NCBI RefSeq assembly: GCF_004010195.1
Contig: NC_057718.1
Span: 69,649,213 to 69,713,212 of the forward strand
Length of the DNA: 64,000 nt
Direction of reading: 5' to 3'
DNA from: Chiloscyllium plagiosum
Taxonomy: Eukaryota
Of the stretch, positions 63,172 through 64,000 are shown in pieces. The position numbers and the translations under genes were made by a program. Every line of letters starts with the position of its first letter. Positions within the stretch are counted from its first letter, which is position 1. Below the pieces are notes generated by a model that saw nothing but the letters and a program-made list of their open reading frames with translations, searched no databases and was not told where the DNA came from.

Positions 63172-64000
63172 TTAGAGTCATAGAGATGTACAGCATGGAA
63201 ACAGGCCCTTCGGTCCAACCTGTCTATGCCAACCAGATATCTCAACCCAACCTAGTCCCACCTGCCAGCACCCGGCCCATATCCATCCAAACCCTTCCTG
63301 TTCATATACCCATCCAAATGCCTCTTAAATGTTGCAATTGTACCAGCCTCCACCACTTCCTCTGGTAGCTCATTCCATAAACGTTGCCCCTTAGGTCTCT
63401 TTTATATCTTTCTCTTCTCACCCTAAACCTATGCCCTCTAGTTCTGGACTCCCCCACCCCAGGGAAAAGACTTTGCCTATTTATCCAATCCATGCCCCTC
63501 ATAATTTTGTAAAACTCTATAAGGTCACCCCTCAGCCTCAGATGCTCCAGGAAAAACAGCCCCAGCCTGTTCAGCCTCTCCCTATAGCTCAGATCCTCCA
63601 ACCCTGGCAACATCCTTGTAAAACTTTTCTGAACCCTTTCAAGTTTCACAACATCTTTCCAATAGGAAGGAGACCAGAATTGCACACAATATTCCAACAG
63701 TGGTCTAACTAATGTCCTGTACAGCTGCAACATGACCTCCCAACTCCTGGTACTCAATACTCTGACCAATAAAGGAAAGCATACCAAACGCCTTCTTCAC
63801 TATCCTATCTAACTGTGACTCTACTTTCAAGGAGCTATCAACCTGCACGCCAAGGTCTCTTTGTTCAGCAACACTCCCAAGGACCTTACCATTAAGTGTA
63901 TAAATCCTGCTAAGATTTGCTTTCCCAAAATGCAGCACCTCGCATTTATCTGAATTAAACTCCATCTGCCACTTCTCAGCCCATTGGCCCATCTGGTCAA
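63172..64000 (-). mobile_element. CR1 (HER1-like) LINE 3' portion, running off the window
   Basis: ORFs 63302-63787 and 63705-63992. Confidence 0.9.

Overview
Eukaryotic vertebrate DNA, most likely from a shark (elasmobranch), judged from HE1-like tRNA-derived SINEs with (TCTAA)n tails and HER1/CR1-type LINEs. Most of the window is nested, decayed transposable elements lying in introns of a minus-strand host gene. Two consecutive coding exons of that gene are visible (24084-23890 and 16589-16503); spliced together they encode a fibronectin type III domain resembling the first FN3 domain of FNDC1. Repeats include many CR1-clade LINE pieces (several near full length), HE1-like SINEs, three related solo LTRs, and remnants of Gypsy RT, RTE, L1/Tx1, Rex1 and Harbinger elements. 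There is also a set of Penelope-like (PLE) fold-back mini-insertions carrying minimal hammerhead-ribozyme-like motifs and 14-15 bp target-site duplications. Two endogenous retrovirus remnants are present. One is an LTR-bounded ~4.2 kb provirus (40574-44748) retaining only integrase and a short env whose TM subunit has a cysteine-bounded internal fusion loop reminiscent of ASLV Env and filovirus GP2. The other is a gamma-type int/env fragment (55145-56760). Nearly all ORF-track entries are TE fragments or antisense ORFs, not genes. All family assignments are by eye from remembered motifs; no database search was run, and many repeat boundaries are approximate.
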